Part shown: positions 57,150 to 64,000 of the stretch, one piece after another
Layout: the number at the start of each line of letters is the position of its first letter
Numbering within the stretch: the stretch's first letter is position 1
DNA from: the human T2T-CHM13v2.0 reference genome, Homo sapiens
Strand: one strand, 5' to 3'
Assembly (NCBI RefSeq): GCF_009914755.1
Contig: NC_060942.1
DNA: 64,000 nt
Translations under genes and position numbers: made by a program
Notes under the pieces: model-generated
The model's input: only the letters and a program-made list of their open reading frames with translations
Databases searched by the model: none
Told to the model about the DNA's origin: nothing

Positions 57150-59170
57150 AGTCTTGAAGTCTGTGGAGTGGTTTTTCACTCCTAGTAAATGACCTAGCTT
57201 CCTGCTTCCCAGAGGGAACACAAATCTTAAGGCAGTAAGTTGCTCAGTTTCCTGCACCATCCCTCCCACAGGCGTCTTGCCCTGCAGGGACAGTGGAAGA
57301 GGTACCCTTTGTCTGACTAGGCCTGCCTTGTGCTCCAGGTCCCTTCCCCACCCATAGCCTGGGGGACACGAAATTCCTGCTTCTTCCTCTCTTCTTGCAT
57401 TTCCAATCTTTCCATCAGTACCGAATTCTGTCCATTAACATGCAAATATGCTCAAGTCTTGCTAACCTTAAAAAAACGAAAAAGAAAACCGACACACGAC
57501 CACATCCCACATTTTCCTATGTAGGTACTTACATCACTCCCCCTTCACAGTCAGATGTCTTGCGGTCATGTCTCTAAGCCTTTACAACTCCCACCTCTGC
57601 TTGTTGCTGTCTGGCTTTGACCCCACTGTCAAGGTCACCGATTTCAATGTTCAGTTGTTATTTTTGTCCTTATATAACCTATGTGATGGACTTCCACTTG
57701 GAAAGAATCTTCCTCAGGCTCCTAAGGCAACGTGCTCTCCTAGTTTTCCTTTTTTCTTTGTGGCTCAGGCTGCTCGGTCTTTTTTACAACCTCTTTCTTT
57801 GCCATCTCTCAAACCTGAATGTTCTCCAAGGTTCTCTTCTCATTTCTCACACCCCCTCTCAGCAGCTGCAACTCACCTCCTTCAATACTATCTGTGTGAT
57901 GATGGCACTCCATCTCCTCACTTCTCCAGGCCTGTCCATGCAGCTGCCCACTGGAATTCCCAACTGGCTGAGTTTCATGTGCCCATGAGACCTACAACTC
58001 CACAACTGCGGTCAGTCTTCCCTCCCTGTTTGAGTTCCTATATTTGGGACTGGCACCACCGTTTGGCTAAGCCAGAATCCTGGGCACATCACCCTCTATG
58101 CTTCCCTTTCTATCACTGTCTCCCTTCCTTCCAAGCAGTTTTCCAGCTGTGCCTATTTTGCCTCTGGAATATCTTTCTCAGTGATCCTATCCTGGTCTAG
58201 CTGCTATCTCTACCCTGGATTATCATAGCAGCTGCTTAGCTGTCTCTCTGCCTACAGCGCTGCCTATACCCATCTATTCTCCATACCACAAACAGAGTGA
58301 GCTTCCTGAAATGCAAACACGTCATATTACTTGCTTGTTTAAACACTGCAAGGCCTTCCTAAGACTGTGGGAGTATTTCTAAAGACATATCTGGGCTGAT
58401 AGCCCCCTGAGGACCTGGCCTCTCCTGGCCTGGAGCTTATCACTCACCACTCACTGTCCTCATCTTCCAATCTCAGCGCTGCAGTCACTGTGAGCTTCTG
58501 ATGGCTACTTCCCTCCGTAGTTTCACTGGGCTGCTTCCCCTGCCTTCTCCTCTGACTAACTCCTCTTCATCCTTCAGCCTGCACTGGGAATGGAAGGCCA
58601 CCTGGTTCACGCCCCTGCAGCTGGTTATATTCCCTTGATGTGACCTCATGGCTCCCGGAGTGTCTCCTACCATCACACCTGCTGTCGTCTGAATGTCTGC
58701 ATCCCCTACAATTCACATGTGGAAATCCTGACTCCCAAGGTGACGGACAGGAGGTAAGGCCTTTTGGAGTAGATTGAGTGGGAAAGCAGAGCCCTCATGA
58801 ATGGGATTACTATCTTTATAAAAGAAGCCCAAGGGGGGTCTCTTGCCCCTTCCACCAAAATAGGATGCAGTGGGAAGATGGCCATCTATGAGGAAGTGGG
58901 CCCTCGGCCGACACTGAATCTGCTCGAACCTTGATGTTGGACTTTCCAGCCTGTGGAACTGTAAGAATTGAGTGTATACTGTTTATAGACCACCTACTTT
59001 ATGGTATTTTTGTTATGTCCGCCCAAATGGACTGAGACGATACCAGGTGTACTGTAGTAGAATTGCTTGCTCATGTGCCACTTTCCTGCTACTCTGTGAG
59101 CTCTGTGAGGGCAGAGGTGAACATCACCTCTTTGTAACAGAGTTGGCAGTGAAAAAATGAATGAATGAAT
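57150..59170. mobile_element. Degenerate L2 element with a nested LTR
   Basis: Pyrimidine-rich L2-like motifs (ctctaccctggattatcatagcagc, tcctcttcatccttcag) ending in (tgaa)n near 59160. Confidence 0.6.
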
Positions 59171-59495
59171 GTGAATTCTTTGAACACACTATTATGAGTT
59201 CATTGCTTATTGATCAACTCACGGCTTTTCTTCAATAGGCATGAACTGTACTCTGAACCACTGTCATCATTCTTACTATAACATGATGGGCATGATTTCT
59301 AAATCATTGTGACAACTTTGGGAAAAAGACACCGGGGAACATTCTCGTTTGAGAGATGGGCAAAGAAAGAGGTTGCAAAAAAGACCTAGAAGCCTGAACC
59401 ACAAAGGAAAAAGGGAAATTAGGAGAGCACATTGCCTTAGCAGCCTGAGGAAGATTGTTTTCAAGCGGAAGTCATCAGATAGGTTATATAAGGAC
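57666..59495. repeat. Inverted repeat pair: 57666-57827 and 59334-59495
   Basis: Hand alignment gives ~18 differences over ~162 nt. Confidence 0.9.
58680..59038 (+). mobile_element. MLT1A-like MaLR LTR
   Basis: ctgaatgtctgcatcccc...gccctcatgaatgggatta...ggactttccagcct...ggactgagac. Confidence 0.8.
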
Positions 59496-60589
59496 CTCTA
59501 CAGACCAAATGTTTTGGGAAAGGCAAACAAGATGCATTTACCTGCAAAAATACCAGCTGTTTATATACAAGTAAGTAAGGTTACTATTGGAATGAAACAT
59601 TGTATTCTGCTCTGAAAATAATGTCCTGGGTATTAGAAAATGATTATAACAATGAATTCCGGAGCAGTGCGGTACATAAAGTCATTGTCATCCACGGAAT
59701 GAGGGCTGGGCGTGCCACAAGGCTCTTCTGACTAACTGCAGGTCCCCGACTAGGGCCTCTTTCTATTTGACTCCAAGTTAGGTAACAGAGGCTGACAACT
59801 GCCATCATATAAATGGACCTTGGAAATAAACATTGTGTTTATCATGGCAGGGAAAGAGAACAGACTCTAGCGAAACTGTAGGTAAACACAGATATATTAG
59901 TCTGAACTTCGAGTCAAATGATAGATATTGCTAATTTCATGTAATAGAACCCAGTATCCATCAGCTTATTCACACCAAGCATCTGATGGGACCTAGGCAA
60001 GGTCTGAGTTTCTGAGAGGAACATACACAGCAGCTGGGGGCCACAGAGCTAGTCATCGACACCCACCCCCACCTCAGGGCACTTCACTTTATTACCTCTC
60101 CCCAGTCTTTTTTCCTAAACTTACAAGAGCAGGGGCAAAAACTGGAAGAAGAATGGAGCCTAGGGGAAAAAACAGGTAGTAATGCAAATTGTGTCAGTGG
60201 CTCAGAGAAGAAAAGCAGGTTAGTAGGGGGAGGTAGGTGTAAGATGGACTAAACTCCAGACCAACGTGGCATATGTTGCTGTTTTGTCTGAGACCAGACT
60301 GAGCCACTTCTAGAGAAGTGGTGGATTCTGCAAGGGCTTCAATTGACCAGTGAACCTCTGGCCTTCCATGGCACCCCCATTCCTTGAGAAGTCTGATGGT
60401 TACATAGGCTTTCCTGTTACTATTCTATTTTACAGGCCTTGTGCTAAATTCTTCTTGGATTGGTTTTGCTGGAAGGGATTTCTTAACTTCTTGTGGGTTC
60501 TAGAAGCAAGCTCAGACAGAAATGATAGTGCAATATTATTTCAGGCAAGTTTCCTGGGAGAAACCACCTGATTTCATGGCCTGACCCAC

Positions 60590-60749
60590 CTTGATGCCAG
60601 AATCTGGGAAGCTTTTATATCAGCCACAACATGTAGAAAATAATAACTCATGAAAACTCTTCTTTGCAGCAGGAGGAAGGCAAAACATATGCTGTCCCAA
60701 ATGATTCCTGCTTCCCCACTGGGAAGTGTACAGGGTGAATTAGCAGCAG
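60590..60749 (-). CDS. PIEZO2: PIEZO2 exon (160 nt): PAANSPCTLPSGEAGIIWDSICFAFLLLQRRVFMSYYFLHVVADIKASQILASR
   Basis: ctatag|CTGCTG ... ATCAAG|gtgggt; phase 1 to 2. Confidence 0.96.
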
Positions 60750-61297
60750 CTATAGTAACAGTAGAAAAACACACATTAAAATTAACATCCATTTTCATTG
60801 TAATTTTATAAAATCTGAGGTATGGTCAGGCTTGGGAAATATAGGCATAAAAGCAGCATTCTGATGCTCTGACTTACTTATGAGTTGATTTATTTACAAG
60901 GAGATCACACACTTCCAATCCAATATCAACACTGATTCATAAGGCTGACCATGCATTGAACTCTTCACACTACAAGGCTCAGGAGGGCCCTTTTTACGTG
61001 GGAGGCCTCTTGAGTATTTCTCTCTCTTAGGAAGAAAGGGACCTCCAACAAAGGCCACAGAGAAATAATGTCCCAGTGCCAGTGGAAATGCTCTTATACA
61101 AAAGAAAACACCCATTCTGGGAATGGGCTATACCCAGGGGTAACCAGCAGAATAATGAGCACAGCATGGCTTATTAGAAGGAGTATCAATAGTATGCCTT
61201 ATCTTAAGTGAAAAACAACGTCCCAGTGAGGCTTCGGCAAAATATAGCCTGAAATAGAAACCACATAATAAAAAAAAAATTAATCTTTTTAAAAAAG

Positions 61298-61622
61298 ACT
61301 GGGTGTGGTGGTTCATGCTTGTAATCCCAGCACTTTGAGAGACTGAGGCAGGAGGATTGCTTGAGGCCAGGAGTTCAAGACCAACCTGGGCAACATCTCT
61401 ACAAAAAATTAAAAAATTAGCCAGGCATAGTGGTGCAGCTACTCAGGAGGCAGCTACTGTGGTCCCAGCTACTCAGGAGGCAGAAGTGGGAGGATTGCTG
61501 GAGCCTAGGAGTTCAAGGTTACAGTGAGCTATGATTGTGCCACTGTAGTCCAGCCTGGGTAACAGAGACCCTGTCTTGAAATATTTTTTTAAAAATAGAT
61601 AAATAAATAATAATAAATAAAT
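61298..61622 (+). mobile_element. AluJ-type SINE with a small internal duplication
   Basis: Alu consensus; cagctactcaggaggcag occurs twice at 61436-61483. Confidence 0.88.
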
Positions 61623-62209
61623 AGAGAGAGCACTGTGTCCAAGTAGCACCCATTCTGGGTGCCATGGTAGGCCACGTGTGATGTCGTCCTTGGTTCTGGT
61701 GCAAGAGGCAGGGTGGTGGCAATGACACTTCTGCCTTTGTCTTGGCAGGAGTCTAACTCTAGAAATCCTCATGCTCCTCCCTACTGTTTCCCTAGGCTTG
61801 AAGCTCTCTGAGCTTCCTGAGGACAGGAGGAGCCTGAAGTCAGAGTTACTTGATGCCCCAAGACATTAAGTGGAGCAACAGCAGGTTTGAGTGGGCTTCT
61901 AGAATCCTTCCTAATCTTGACTCAAAAAGTCCGGGGAGTTACTACAGCACTACATCCAATCTCCAGACCCTGACTCCAAGTCCTCAGCATTTCAGAAGTT
62001 TCAAGAAGATGATCAAAGAGGCTTAGCATAAGGCATCTCATGTTATAGACAATAGATTCACAATGTACTACAGTTCTACAGCCTCCATCTGGAGAAAACT
62101 GACCCCACTTTTATATCTTTATGTGCTTTGGCCCACTTTTAAAACTAGAACAATACAACTATCCTCCCTCTTCTGCCTTTCTGCCTTCACACTTGCTTTT
62201 CATACTTAC

Positions 62210-62306
62210 GCATTTGATAGCCTTTGACTGTGCAGGCCAGGCTGAAAGCCTGGATCAACCAACAACTATTGTGCACCAATGTTCCAATGTATCCACATGC
62301 TCCTAT
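62210..62306 (-). CDS. PIEZO2: PIEZO2 exon (97 nt): IGACGYIGTLVHNSCWLIQAFSLACTVKGYQM
   Basis: ttttcag|ATAGGA ... AAATGC|gtaagt; phase 0 to 1. Confidence 0.95.
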
Positions 62307-64000
62307 CTGAAAAACAAAAGAGGGGGATAATCCTGAAGCTCTGCAGCCAGAAAAAAAAGTGGTGTTTTATGATCCCAACATGTGCAAGAATTCACAAGGT
62401 CTCAGTGATAAGGATTCCAGGAGATGCCAATTGTACCTAAAAATTCAGTCACCTTGTGGTAGTGCTTCAGGAGCAATGTAAATTCCTGGGAAAAATTAAA
62501 CCTAACGAGGAAAGGAAAGGTCTTTCATGTAATGTTTTCTGTACTTGGAAGCACCAGTTTATCAAGAAGAAATCTTGGACGATCATAGAAATAAATCCCA
62601 ACTCTGTGATAATGAATGGGTGTGCACTGAACCCTAGAACTTGGACTTTAGTAGAGTTATTTTCTTACAAGCCAGACACATATAACCTATGCTCTTCCCT
62701 GGAGGTCATCCCAGACCTAAGCTGCAGGGTGTAGTTCTTAGAACAAAACAGAGTATGTGTTTTGAGTCTTGTTTGACCAATTCTCTCAGTAAAGGAGTAT
62801 TTTTTGTAGATTGGCAGGTGGTTGTCTCATAACAATGAATTTTTTGTTATAGTTAAGTTTAAATCCTGAGTTGGAAAATGTTTAAACAAGTATGAATCAT
62901 TGCAAGCAAATACATAAATGTGACAGATACATTGTGTGCATTTCCTGGGAACATGTGAGGAAGGAGAATATCATCAGGATTTGCTCCAACAGCAGCAGTT
63001 ACTCGTTATGGATTCCCCAGCCCTGGGAATATTCCAGTCCTACACCATCATGTCCTGCTTTTGTTCCTGTTTTCCAGGCTAAGAATGCCTTCCCCCTTTG
63101 TCTCCCTGCAGACCCTTCAATCTATTTATGAGTCTCTGATGCGTTCAAATGGCATCACCTCCAGGAAGCCTGTTCCCAGCTTATCTAAGCAAGATATTAG
63201 GCATCCTTTTGTTTCTCAAAAATGTTGTAATAATTATCATTAACCCATTGCATCATAATTATTTATAAGTAGGTCTAACTTCCTTTTTAGAATGTGAATT
63301 CCTTGAGGGCAAAACCTGACAACTGTTTATCTCTAGTTCTTCAATACATCAAATAGTGCTCAGTAAAAAACAGGTCTACAGTACAGGTTTACGGAATGAA
63401 TGAATGAATGAATGAACTTTGAATCCATACATTTCCCAAGCATGGCTGTGAAATCAGCCTCTGGCAACAGATTCCTCACCATCAGACTGGCTTTAGAATG
63501 AACCAGAGTTCTGTTGTCCTGTCTCATGCTCTCTTCAACAACTCTCAATGCTACTCCAAATGTAAATTGATGTCAGAGGGGTAAAAGTGACCAATAAGTC
63601 ACTTTCACCATCACCTAGAAAATTAACCTTTCAATGGACTTCAGACAAAATAAATTATCCAAATACCTATTCATGGCTACATAAACTTGGCTTTCCAAGA
63701 CTTCTAGACACAGTGATACACGTGCCCCCCCGAAAATCAAGGAGATATCACAACTGAATTGCCTGGAGAGCTCATCCCTAAGTAGCTAGGAAGGAAGAAG
63801 CAGAAGAGATTTCCTCACTGCTCTCTCAGTGCAACAGCAGTTACAGCCTGGGAGACTGAGACGCAGGCACAGGGATAAACCTTAAGTGAGCGCCAGCCAG
63901 AGAGCTATTAACTCCTTCAGCTCAGGAGAGGTTGTTGCTTAATTTCCCGCAGCACTAAATCACTGAAATGGTGTCGTTGTGTCCTGATAGGTTGATGTGA

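Noticed and set aside
57568-58200. 210-aa ORF on + and the paired similar peptides at 57617 and 59276
   Set aside because: Pyrimidine-rich L2-derived DNA; the peptide similarity just reflects the inverted duplication.

Overview
Primate (very probably human) genomic DNA covering the middle of PIEZO2, the mechanosensitive channel gene, on the minus strand. I mapped 21 coding exons from 62306 down to 1780. All have GT-AG boundaries and consistent phases, and together they give one open frame through the beam, lateral plug/latch, clasp, the last blade repeats and the start of the anchor. Three frame-preserving exons (72, 99 and 165 nt) fit the known alternative exons. The most unusual element is a ~5.3 kb antisense retrocopy of KIAA0895L/MATCAP1 (tubulin detyrosinase) inside the 13 kb intron. 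It has a 13-bp target-site duplication and a poly(A) tail, but it keeps a 906-nt intron that splits the HExxxH catalytic motif, probably carries ~1.9 kb of upstream parental intron, and contains a CpG-dense patch. Other points are a non-Alu ~160 bp inverted duplication, a closely spaced inverted Alu pair, an RBFOX motif cluster, two speculative cryptic exons, a 30-bp VNTR and many Alu/L1/L2/MIR/LTR/DNA-transposon relics. I found no evidence of a wholly new biological system. Gene and repeat identities come from recall of known sequences, not from database searches.
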